Positions 1 to 8,800 of a stretch of 62,109 nucleotides of DNA are shown here, piece after piece. Location of the stretch: IMG/VR virus record IMGVR_UViG_3300009433_000007; one strand, given 5' to 3'. Under the pieces are notes generated by a model, which did no database searches, had not been told where the DNA came from, and worked only from the letters and a program-made list of their open reading frames with translations. Origin of the DNA: a virus. Position 1 is the stretch's first letter; the number at the start of each line of letters is the position of its first letter. A program made the translations under genes and the position numbers.

Positions 1-62
1 CCGAAGGGAGAAGATTACCTGCGGTAATCGTCACTAAGTAACACTCACTCACACTTTCTAAA

Positions 63-260
63 ATGATGACACTCAATCAAATCGATCAACTGAAGAATGC
101 TTATGCAGAGATGATTGTAGAAGGAATGGATATGAATTCTTTGATTACTTTTGCTGTGGAAAGTATTGAACAGAACCTTAAAGATTATGATTTGAATGAT
201 ATAAAAGAAGAGATTATTGATTGCTATGGTATAGAGACTTGGTTTGATTTGAATCCTTAA
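63..260 (+). CDS. Small acidic hypothetical phage protein (65 aa)
   Basis: ORF track; same strand as all neighbouring genes; leader acactttctaaaATG resembles that of the next ORF. Confidence 0.7.
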   Translation: MMTLNQIDQLKNAYAEMIVEGMDMNSLITFAVESIEQNLKDYDLNDIKEEIIDCYGIETWFDLNP

Positions 261-330
261 ATCTAGAATTAAAACAGTCCTGGTGATGACTTAAAACCCA
301 CCGATTACAAACTCTATCTAACACTTTTAA

Positions 331-423
331 ATGTCTAAGTCTGATCTCTTTGCTGCTCTCGAATCTGCTGAGAATGGCAATGATATTCTTCTCATCCTGG
401 AGGCAATTGAGGCACTTTACTGA
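331..423 (+). CDS. 30-aa micro-ORF MSKSDLFAALESAENGNDILLILEAIEALY (absent from the ORF track)
   Basis: Manually translated ATG331..TGA423; leader acacttttaaATG like the one at 51-65; followed by a terminator. Confidence 0.6.
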   Translation: MSKSDLFAALESAENGNDILLILEAIEALY

Positions 424-452
424 TACTTAGTCAAAACAACTGAATAACACAT

Positions 453-478
453 AAAGGGGTTAAAATCACCCCTTTTTT
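453..478 (+). terminator. Intrinsic terminator
   Basis: AAAGGGGT-taaaatc-ACCCCTTT stem-loop running into a T tract, 30 nt after the micro-ORF stop. Confidence 0.75.
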
Positions 479-540
479 GCTCTAATATATAAAGATTAGT
501 CTTTTTTATGTTATTAAATACCTTTTTAAATGTATATGCG

Positions 541-604
541 TTCTCCACACCCTTGTGGAAAAGTATTAGATAACCTGTGTATTAAGGTGTATTTCTGTGG
601 AAAA
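541..604. repeat. Three DnaA-box-like 9-mers beside an AT-rich tract
   Basis: TTCTCCACA 541-549 (+); TGTGGAAAA (TTTTCCACA on the - strand) at 554-562 and 596-604; AT-rich 481-540. Confidence 0.45.
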
Positions 605-680
605 GTGTGTGTTTTAGATGTGTAATAGGGTGATACTTATGATGATTTAAATGTGTCATAGAGTAGTGATCTAAGCGAGC

Positions 681-709
681 AGTCTATCACGAACTCGCAG
701 AAATGTCAA
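681..709 (-). promoter_or_regulatory. Leftward sigma70-type promoter with no ORF downstream
   Basis: Minus strand: TTGACA (709-704), 17 nt, TAGACT (686-681), with TGn extended -10. Confidence 0.6.
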
Positions 710-763
710 GAGGGCGGCGATAAGAATTCCCACACAGAACATCGCAAAAATATCAAAGTTTCT

Positions 764-771
764 TATAAATA
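764..771 (+). promoter_or_regulatory. T4-type late promoter
   Basis: Exact TATAAATA in intergenic DNA. Confidence 0.5.
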
Positions 772-783
772 CTGATTGGAAGA

Positions 784-812
784 TTGACAATATCTCTCAG
801 ACATACTATACT
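784..812 (+). promoter_or_regulatory. Sigma70-type promoter
   Basis: TTGACA (784-789), 17 nt, TATACT (807-812). Confidence 0.8.
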
Positions 813-841
813 TGTTAAGTCACACCAACGGAGTCAGTCTC

Positions 842-1018
842 ATGTCAGTCGCTATCAGTCAGACACAGAAACAACGTTACCGCATTACGTTGGATTTAGA
901 GGTTATGGAAGACTTTGACCCGCATCAAATTGATTGGGAGAATCTATTTGAATTGGAGGGAAGTGAGCAGGTGATTGATAGTTACGTAGAGGACCTGAGT
1001 GTTCCTGTCAGTTGGTAG
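842..1018 (+). CDS. Small acidic hypothetical phage protein (58 aa)
   Basis: ATG842 follows a GGAG RBS; the track's TTG812 start lies inside the -10 box and is unlikely. Confidence 0.75.
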   Translation: MSVAISQTQKQRYRITLDLEVMEDFDPHQIDWENLFELEGSEQVIDSYVEDLSVPVSW

Positions 1019-1087
1019 TCTGATGGTAGTTTCTGACAGTTAGTCTCAGAACAGTGAGTATCACTTAGCAGTCTTATAACACGGGGG

Positions 1088-1116
1088 TTGACAACAGTGT
1101 TCCTCCGTGATATGAT
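1088..1116 (+). promoter_or_regulatory. Sigma70-type promoter with the -35 flanked by an inverted repeat
   Basis: TTGACA (1088-1093), 17 nt, TATGAT (1111-1116), TGn; ACGGGGG/CCTCCGT inverted repeat at 1081-1108. Confidence 0.75.
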
Positions 1117-1216
1117 GAGGGGTGATATGACAGTTGTTTTGTTTTATGGGGGCGTATATAAAAACCGCATACTACCCTAACCTACAGAGGTGACAAATCG
1201 ACTTAGATATATAAAA

Positions 1217-1262
1217 CAAAAAAAAATTTCCCGTGCCAAAAAAAATTCCCGGAGGTAAAAAA
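1217..1262 (+). repeat. Tandem A-tract direct repeat with ~20 bp period
   Basis: CAAAAAAAAATTTCCCG (1217-1233) and CAAAAAAAATTCCCG (1237-1251); third A tract at 1257. Confidence 0.7.
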
Positions 1263-1265
1263 CCA

Positions 1266-1484
1266 ATGGAAAAGGTTTATCACATCTATGCAAAAGAAGA
1301 GTGTATATATAACAATCTAAATGAGTTACAATTTAATCAAACATGGAATACCCTCAACGGTATGGTTGGTCTAATGAAGACTGATTATACCTTTGAGGAT
1401 TTATCATATGAGGAAGTAATTCGGCACCATGGAGGTTGTAGTACGGGTTCTTCTACAGAACCTATGGGAGATGACTCATATTGA
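1266..1484 (+). CDS. Hypothetical phage protein (72 aa)
   Basis: ATG1266 preceded by GGAGG at 1251-1255; in frame with the track ORF 1233..1484. Confidence 0.75.
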   Translation: MEKVYHIYAKEECIYNNLNELQFNQTWNTLNGMVGLMKTDYTFEDLSYEEVIRHHGGCSTGSSTEPMGDDSY

Positions 1485-1509
1485 CAGACTACATAAACAC
1501 TGATAGAAT
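1481..1509 (+). promoter_or_regulatory. Sigma70-type promoter for the glycosyltransferase
   Basis: TTGACA (1481-1486), 17 nt, TAGAAT (1504-1509), TGn. Confidence 0.8.
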
Positions 1510-1532
1510 TGAACTGAAGTAATTTCAAAAAC

Positions 1533-2303
1533 ATGGCAAAAGGATTTACTGTAAAAGCAAATGCACCCAAGAAGACTCAGACACCTGAGTGGGACATTAC
1601 AGCAATTAAGGAAAGAATGAAAGGAAAGACAATTGTATTTTGTCTTCCTGGACGAGGATGTTCTTTTATCTTCTTAAAGAACTTCGTACAACTGTGCTTT
1701 GATATGGTACAGAATGGAATGAGTATTCAGATTAGTCAAGACTACTCATCAATGGTTAACTTTGCACGTTGCAAGTGTTTAGGTGCAAATGTCCTTCGTG
1801 GTCCTAAGCAGATTCCTTGGGATGGAAAGTTGCAATATGACTATCAACTGTGGATTGACTCAGACATCGTGTTCGATACGAATAAGTTTTGGCAACTCTG
1901 TGATCTTGCTGTTCCTGCAGATGGTGCAGAGAAGGAAATTACTTCTGGATGGTATGCCACTGAAGATGGACACACAACTTCAGTTGCTCACTGGTTAGAG
2001 GAAGAAGAGTTCCGTACTAATGGTGGAGTGATGAATCACGAAACTGTCGATTCCATTCAGAAACGTAAGAAACCATTTACAGTTGATTACACTGGATTTG
2101 GATGGGTATTAGTGAAGAAGGGAGTCTTTGAGAATCTAGAGTATCCTTGGTTTGCTCCTAAGATGCAAGTCTTTGAGAGTGGAAATGTACAGGACATGTG
2201 TGGTGAGGATGTCTCATTCTGTCTTGATGCAAAGGAAGCTGGATTTGATATCTGGTGTGATCCTCGTATCAGAGTTGGTCACGAAAAAACTCGCGTAATC
2301 TAA
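1533..2303 (+). CDS. GT-A fold (family 2-like) glycosyltransferase
   Basis: N-terminal IVFCLPG strand, DxD motif LWIDSDIVF, GFGWVLVKKGVFE, catalytic-type GEDVSFC and C-terminal VGHEK motifs. Confidence 0.75.
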   Translation: MAKGFTVKANAPKKTQTPEWDITAIKERMKGKTIVFCLPGRGCSFIFLKNFVQLCFDMVQNGMSIQISQDYSSMVNFARCKCLGANVLRGPKQIPWDGKLQYDYQLWIDSDIVFDTNKFWQLCDLAVPADGAEKEITSGWYATEDGHTTSVAHWLEEEEFRTNGGVMNHETVDSIQKRKKPFTVDYTGFGWVLVKKGVFENLEYPWFAPKMQVFESGNVQDMCGEDVSFCLDAKEAGFDIWCDPRIRVGHEKTRVI

Positions 2304-2316
2304 GAGGTACTAAGTT

Positions 2317-2448
2317 ATGATGATGAAAGGCGGCACCTATGTAAAGGGTAAACCGAAAAAAACTCGTCAAGGTAAGTCACAATATACCTTACTATCCGCG
2401 ACTTCTCGCAACAAGGCAAAAAAGCGTTATCGTGGGCAGGGTAAATAG
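2317..2448 (+). CDS. 43-aa highly basic micro-protein (absent from the ORF track)
   Basis: Manual translation MMMKGGTYVKGKPKKTRQGKSQYTLLSATSRNKAKKRYRGQGK; GAGG RBS upstream; fills the gap between two genes. Confidence 0.75.
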   Translation: MMMKGGTYVKGKPKKTRQGKSQYTLLSATSRNKAKKRYRGQGK

Positions 2449-2468
2449 GACAGATACATTAATACATA

Positions 2469-3152
2469 ATGGCTGCTCTTATTTGTAACCTCCCCTCGGT
2501 AGAGGTCTGGGTACGTAAAGAATATTTGACTGATCACCAAAGTGGTCATGGCGAATTTGTAAAAGGCGTTTGGGTATCGTGTAAGTCGATACCTGGGCGC
2601 ACTTTTTATTTTGAAACGTACTTACCTGAATATGCTGCAATGTACGATAAGTTACCTATTAGTGCATTTGTTTCATCACCCGAAACTCCGAGTCCTGATA
2701 TGAATCTACCCAACCTACAGTTTTGGAACTGTATGGATTACGGTGTAGTTGCTATTACAAAGCAATTCATTGGTTCTATGGACTATGAATTGTATACTCG
2801 CGACTTTGGTATTCAAAAAGGTACATATATTTGTACTATAGATAACTACCATCAAGATCCTGAAGTAGTTGACTATGCTACAAGTGAAAACCCCGCAGAG
2901 CATAAGTCACATAATCTAATTGAATTAGAGAATGGACAGTATGCACTGTATCCAAATAATAGAATGCGTATCTTTGATAACAGTTTGACACCTGTCGAAC
3001 CAAAAATGCCTGACTTTAAGGTATCAACTCAATATTATCAAGTTGAAAATGGATTTGAACGTCTCGGTATGGGTCGTGAAGACGAATATTTTTGGAAAAC
3101 TGCTAAAGAACGTAAAGAATCACCCAACAAAGAGGAAAACACCGATGTCTGA
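2469..3152 (+). CDS. Hypothetical protein of T4-like marine phage type (227 aa)
   Basis: Long uninterrupted ORF with globular composition; no catalytic motif recognised. Confidence 0.8.
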   Translation: MAALICNLPSVEVWVRKEYLTDHQSGHGEFVKGVWVSCKSIPGRTFYFETYLPEYAAMYDKLPISAFVSSPETPSPDMNLPNLQFWNCMDYGVVAITKQFIGSMDYELYTRDFGIQKGTYICTIDNYHQDPEVVDYATSENPAEHKSHNLIELENGQYALYPNNRMRIFDNSLTPVEPKMPDFKVSTQYYQVENGFERLGMGREDEYFWKTAKERKESPNKEENTDV

Positions 3153-3333
3153 TGAACTCTATCCAAATAGAAATACAAAATTTATGCGTGAAGTATGGGG
3201 AACAACGAGTTTGACCTCTGATTATTGGTCATTACCCGTTAAAAAAGTACTTCAAGAGATTGAAAACGACGATTTGACCGCAAAAACCGATAATTTGGAC
3301 GTTGATGGTGAAATTTTTGATCCTAATCCCTAA
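3145..3333 (+). CDS. Hypothetical protein (62 aa)
   Basis: ATG3145 with GAGG RBS overlapping the previous stop (ATGTCTGA); shortened from the track's 3043 start. Confidence 0.65.
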   Translation: MSDELYPNRNTKFMREVWGTTSLTSDYWSLPVKKVLQEIENDDLTAKTDNLDVDGEIFDPNP

Positions 3334-3339
3334 TAAATA
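3332..3339 (+). promoter_or_regulatory. Late promoter for g25/g6/g7
   Basis: AATAAATA about 20 nt upstream of g25. Confidence 0.65.
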
Positions 3340-3360
3340 AAATATAATCGCTATATTCGT

Positions 3361-3762
3361 GTGCCGATACAACGGGTAAGTCAAGGTTTTAAAGATGTGA
3401 GCATGACTTTTCAGAGAAACCCTCTGAATGATGATCTTGTAACGCTTAAAAATCAGACTGCAATTTCCCGTTCAGTAAAAAATATCATATTTACGCAACC
3501 TGGAGAGAAATTTTTTGATGAGGACTTTGGTTCTCGCGTCTCCAGGTTTTTATTTGAGAATATTAACCCTGTCACTGCTTCTAACATTAGAGATGAGATA
3601 GTTCAATCTATTTTGAACTATGAACCTAGAGTTAAATTGTCAGATGTATTCGTTATTCCTGATTATGACGGAAATGTAATGAATGTAGCAATAGTATACA
3701 ACATCATTGGTGCTGATATACCACCACAATCATTAGATTTCGTTTTGCAACCAACCAGGTAA
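3361..3762 (+). CDS. g25: Baseplate wedge subunit gp25
   Basis: SVKNIIFTQPGEKFF...FGS...LFE...YEPRV gp25/GPW motifs; directly upstream of g6. Confidence 0.9.
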   Translation: MPIQRVSQGFKDVSMTFQRNPLNDDLVTLKNQTAISRSVKNIIFTQPGEKFFDEDFGSRVSRFLFENINPVTASNIRDEIVQSILNYEPRVKLSDVFVIPDYDGNVMNVAIVYNIIGADIPPQSLDFVLQPTR

Positions 3763-3765
3763 AAA

Positions 3766-5841
3766 ATGCCACTATCAAATTTCACTAACCTGGATTTTAA
3801 TCAGGTTAAAACAACACTTAGAGAATATTTAAAGGAAAATTCTAGTTTTACAGACTATGATTTTGAAGGATCTAACCTTTCTACGATTCTTGATGTTTTG
3901 GCATACAATACCTATATTACTTCATACAATGCAAACATGGTTGCAAATGAAGTTTTTATTGATAGTGCAACATTAAGAGAGAATGTGGTCTCTTTAGCAA
4001 GAAATATTGGGTACACACCAAAATCAAGGAAAGCTGCCCGTGCTACCATCACATTTTTTATTAACACTGGTGATCTTTCACCTGCACCAGCAACAATTAC
4101 CCTTCAAAAAGGAGTTGTAGCAAGTTCTTCTAGTTCTTTTGGTTCTCAATCGTTCGTTTTCTCAATTTTAGAGGATGTTACGGTTCCTGTTGTCAATGAT
4201 ACCGCACAATTCAACAATATTCCCATTTATGAGGGCAATTTAGTAAGTTCTAATTTCACTTATAACGCAAGAAACCCAGAACAAAAATTTATTCTGGATA
4301 ATATTGGTATTGACAGTGATTTAATGACAGTTTCTGTTAAACCAAACCAACAATCTTCTAGAAGTGTAAAATATAGTCTTCAAAACAGTTTATTTGATAT
4401 TAATAGTACTTCGACAGTTTACTTTATTCAAGAAGTTGATGATGAAAGGTATCAAGTCATTTTTGGAGACGGTGTTTTTGGTAAAAAACTTGAAGACTCT
4501 AATTTTGTCACTGTAAGTTATATCACTTCTAGTGGAGATGCTGCAAATGGAGTCAATAACTTTAAATTTTCTGGAAGACTTCAATATAATCGTAATTCTG
4601 CCGATTATATTGTTACTTCTGGTATTTCTGCACTCACAACAGGTATAACTGCATCTGGAGGTGAGTCAATTGAAGGTGTTGAGTCTATTAAGAAGTTTGC
4701 TCCTCGCATATATGCCTCTCAAAATAGAGCACTAACTGCAAATGATTATGAAACACTAATTCCAGCAAGAATTTATCCTGAAACTGAGTCAATTTCAGTT
4801 TTTGGAGGAGAAGAGTTAGTTCCACCTCAGTATGGTAAAGTTTTCATTAGTATAAAACCAAGATTTGGTGATTTTTTACCAAATTTGATGAAAGAGAATA
4901 TTAAAGCAAAACTAAAGCAATATGCTGTTGCAGGAATTGTTCCAGAAATATTGGATTTAAAATATCTTTATTTGGAAATTGATAGCAAAGTTTATTATAA
5001 CACAAACTTAGCACCATCAGCATCTGCAGTATCTACTATTATTCAGAATAACGCAAATAAATATTCTGAATCTTCTGAAATGAATAAGTATGGTGCTAGA
5101 TTTAAATATAGTAAATTTTTGAAAATTATTGATGATAGTCATGAAGCAGTGACTTCTAATATTACCACAATCAAGATGAGAAGAGACTTGAGAGTTGTTA
5201 TTAATGCTTTTGCAGAATATTCGATTGGATTTGGTAATGAATTCTATATTAAATCAATGAATGGTTACAATATCAAATCTTCAGGGTTTAATGTAGCAGG
5301 TATTAATGAACCAGTGTACTTGGGAGACCTTCCTGACACCAATAGAATAAATGGTACGGTATTCTTGTTTACTGTTCCATCTATTGGTTCTCAATCACCT
5401 ACCATTGTAAGAAGAAACGCTGGAACTATTAATTATGCATCTGGAATTATAACTCTTAATCCTATTAATATTCTTTCAGCAAAAAATAAAGATGGAATCC
5501 CAATTATAGAAATTGAAGCAACTCCTTTATCCAATGACGTTGTTGGATTACAGGATCTTTATTTGCAACTAGATATAGGGGGTAGCAATGTTGAAATGAT
5601 TGTTGATGAAATATCCTCTGGGTTAGATCCATCAGCATCAAATTACATTGTATCACCAAGTTACGTAAATGGCAACCTAGTTAGAGCAGGTGGTAGTACA
5701 TCTACTACAAGTACCTCACAAGGGACTACAGGCACCACTGGTGGAACGTTTACTACAAGGGGCACAACAGGTTCAACTTCTTCTGCACCAACTACAACTA
5801 CATCTACATCTGGATCCTCAGGATCAAGTTCTTCATACTAA
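3766..5841 (+). CDS. g6: Baseplate wedge subunit gp6 with a Ser/Thr-rich C-terminal tail
   Basis: LDFNQVK..L..YL, DYDFEGSNL, LDVLAYNT, FIDSATLRENVVSLARNIGY, QNRALTANDY and PPQYGKVFISIKP motifs. Confidence 0.95.
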   Translation: MPLSNFTNLDFNQVKTTLREYLKENSSFTDYDFEGSNLSTILDVLAYNTYITSYNANMVANEVFIDSATLRENVVSLARNIGYTPKSRKAARATITFFINTGDLSPAPATITLQKGVVASSSSSFGSQSFVFSILEDVTVPVVNDTAQFNNIPIYEGNLVSSNFTYNARNPEQKFILDNIGIDSDLMTVSVKPNQQSSRSVKYSLQNSLFDINSTSTVYFIQEVDDERYQVIFGDGVFGKKLEDSNFVTVSYITSSGDAANGVNNFKFSGRLQYNRNSADYIVTSGISALTTGITASGGESIEGVESIKKFAPRIYASQNRALTANDYETLIPARIYPETESISVFGGEELVPPQYGKVFISIKPRFGDFLPNLMKENIKAKLKQYAVAGIVPEILDLKYLYLEIDSKVYYNTNLAPSASAVSTIIQNNANKYSESSEMNKYGARFKYSKFLKIIDDSHEAVTSNITTIKMRRDLRVVINAFAEYSIGFGNEFYIKSMNGYNIKSSGFNVAGINEPVYLGDLPDTNRINGTVFLFTVPSIGSQSPTIVRRNAGTINYASGIITLNPINILSAKNKDGIPIIEIEATPLSNDVVGLQDLYLQLDIGGSNVEMIVDEISSGLDPSASNYIVSPSYVNGNLVRAGGSTSTTSTSQGTTGTTGGTFTTRGTTGSTSSAPTTTTSTSGSSGSSSSY

Positions 5842-5858
5842 GACGATAAATCCATAAA

Positions 5859-8800
5859 ATGTCAAAAAACAGAGTCCAACTTAACAGTGTTGTTTCTAGT
5901 CAACTTCCTCAATATGTGCAGGAAGATTATCCTCTAGTATCCAGTTTTTTAAAGCAGTACTATCTCGGACAAGAGTATCAGAGTGGACCTGTTGATCTAA
6001 TTCAAAATATTGATGAATATATTAAATTAGATGAGACAACAAACGTAGTTGAATCCGCTATCCTTCAAGGTGACTTAAGTTTTTATGATAAAACAATTAA
6101 AGTAGACCCTTCGGAATCTCCTACAGGGACAATTGGATTTCCAGATTCTTATGGATTGCTTAAAATTGATAATGAAATAATTACATATACAGGAAAAACT
6201 GATTATTCTTTTACTGGATGTAGAAGAGGATTTGTAGGAATTACCTCATATAAGAGCGGTACAAATAATAATGAACTAATATTTGAAGAAAGTGAATATG
6301 ATGATCATTTTGCAGGTTCAACTATTGAAAACCTGAGTATCTTATTTTTAAAGCAATTTTTACTCAAAACAAAAAATCAACTTCTTCCTGGATTAGAGAA
6401 TAGAACTTTAACTGAAGATCTTAATGAAAATATTTTTGTAAAGCAATCTAAAGATTTTTATCTTAGTAAAGGAACCGATCAATCCTATAAAATTTTATTT
6501 AAAGCATTATATAATAAAGATGTTTCTGTCATTAGACCATCGGAGTTTTTGGTTACTCCGTCTAATGCTAGATATGAAATTGTAAACCAATTAATTGTAG
6601 AACCTATTTCTGGAAACCCAGAAAATTTAGATACTGCAACTTTCTATCAAGATGCATATAAGTTTGATAATAATATTGGTAGATCATATGCTCCAATAAC
6701 TTCAGTGGAAAAAATTGAAGTTGGATATGGACAAACTTTTTATAAATTAAATTATGATGGAGGATATAACAGAGATATAGGTGTTTCTGGAGTAGAATAT
6801 GGTCAATTTAAGGTAGAACCATCTACAAGAGTCATTGGAGCAGTTTCTTCTGGTTCTACCATTTTTGATGTTGACTCTACTGTTGGATTTGGAACCACAG
6901 GAGAATTGTATGTAACTTACAATGATACTACAACTGGTGTTGTATCATACACCTCAAAATCTTTAACTCAGTTCTTTGGAGTAACAAATTTAAGTGGTAT
7001 CATTGATGATGCAACTACAGTTGGCATTAATACTTTTTCATATGGTAGATCAAGATTAAATCAAGATGAAATAATAAAGGTTAGATTATCCTCGGTATAT
7101 AATTCTGTAAAGTTACCAAAAAATACTAGGTCTTTTTTAAAAGGAACTACAGCAAATGTAACTACATATGGAATTTCTGAAAATAATTTTAAAACGGATA
7201 AATGGGAATATAACGTATCTCCTCGTTATAGTGTAGATAAAGTAGAATTAATTGATAGTTCAGACTTTACCTATGCAATTACGCTAAAATCTAAGCATTA
7301 TCTCAAGATTGGCAATTCTATTTTTATAGTTTTAAAAGATAAAACAAAAATTTCTTCTACAGTAATTAGTATTGATACTGAAAAATCTTGTAAAATACGA
7401 GGTCAGGGTTCTTTAGTAAATTCTCAAGTTTCTTCTATACAAAGAAAGATTCAAAAAGGAACTTCAAATACTTTTCCAAATATTACTTCTTTTTCAACTG
7501 GAGTTGATAATTTATATAAAAATGATGACGGAGAATATATCGTTGCATCTCCATCAATTCCTTCATATAATTCCCAACCAATCGAAGTTACCCCAAGAAA
7601 AGTAACTTTTTCTGGAACGTTTATAGGCACTGAACTTGAAATAACTCCAGGAATAGAACATGGATTTTATACTGGGGATGCAGTTTATTATACTGCGAGC
7701 ACATCAGATGAAAAATATGTTGATTCCTCAGGAAAAGTAAAGACCAGGCAAAAAAGAAATACGGGTCTATTTAATGACGGACTTTACTTTGTATCAAGAG
7801 TTGATGGATTTACTTTAAAATTTGCAAAGAGTAGAGATGATATTAACACTGGAAATTTTGTAAGTGTTGAAAGTTCGACAACTGTAAGTGATAGTGTTAT
7901 TCAACCATATATTTCTTTTAATAAAACATTAAAACCACAAAAACTCTTAAGAAAAATTATTGATCCGAAGAGTCAGGGAGTTAAAACAAAAACACTGCCA
8001 GGAACTACTGGAATATTAATTAATGGTGTTGAAGTTTTAAATTATAAATCCGAGGATGTTGTACGATATGGTGCCATTGAAAGTATTGATATTTTGTCAC
8101 CATCAAATAATATTGATATCATAAATCCTCCAAATTTAATTATTAGCGATACTGTTGGGACCGGTGCAACTGGACATATTGCAGTATCTGGTTCTTTAAG
8201 AGAAATAAGAGTATTGGATGGTGGGTTTGATTATCTATCAACACCAACTCTTAAAATTGATGGTGGAAATGGTGCGGGTGCATTTGGCACAGTCAACATG
8301 AAAATGATTGATCATTCTCCAGAGTTTTTTGCAGATGAAGCATCTGCAAAAGTATCATTAACAAACAATACAATTGGATTTTCGACATACCATAAATTCA
8401 GAAATGCGGAGCAAGTAATATACAAAACTTTTGATGAACAATCTATAGTTGGTTTAGACACTAGTGCATTATACTTTGTATCTGTATCTGATAATGTAAC
8501 AGTTAAATTGCATCCAACTCAAGCAGACGTTATATCTGGTATAAACACAGTAAATTTAACTGGATTTGGTATTGGTAAACATGCACTTCAAAGTGTAAAT
8601 AAAAAATCTATTGTATCTTCTATCAATATTGTTAATGGGGGAAGTGATTATGAAACGAAGAAGAGAACAACACATGTAGCAGGAATCAATACTTCCTCAA
8701 ATGTAATCACGATTAAAAATCATGGTTATAAAAATGGCGAAAAAATCAAATATACTGTAGTAGGTTCTGTTGCAGAGGGTCTTACAAATAATAATGAATA

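Noticed and set aside
276-330. Hammerhead ribozyme or preQ1 riboswitch
   Set aside because: No CUGANGA/GAAA core with three stems and no preQ1 consensus; kept only as a generic pseudoknot candidate.
726-734. Fourth DnaA-like box ATTCCCACA
   Set aside because: Two mismatches to TTTTCCACA; not distinguishable from chance.
481-812. Dam-regulated GATC cluster at the candidate origin
   Set aside because: I see only one GATC (668-671), so there is no enrichment.
1233-1265. GTG1233 start for the 83-aa ORF
   Set aside because: It lies in the A-tract repeat; ATG1266 has a GGAGG RBS.
3043-3144. Extended start for ORF 3043..3333
   Set aside because: It would overlap the upstream gene by 110 nt; ATG3145 has an RBS and a short coupled overlap.
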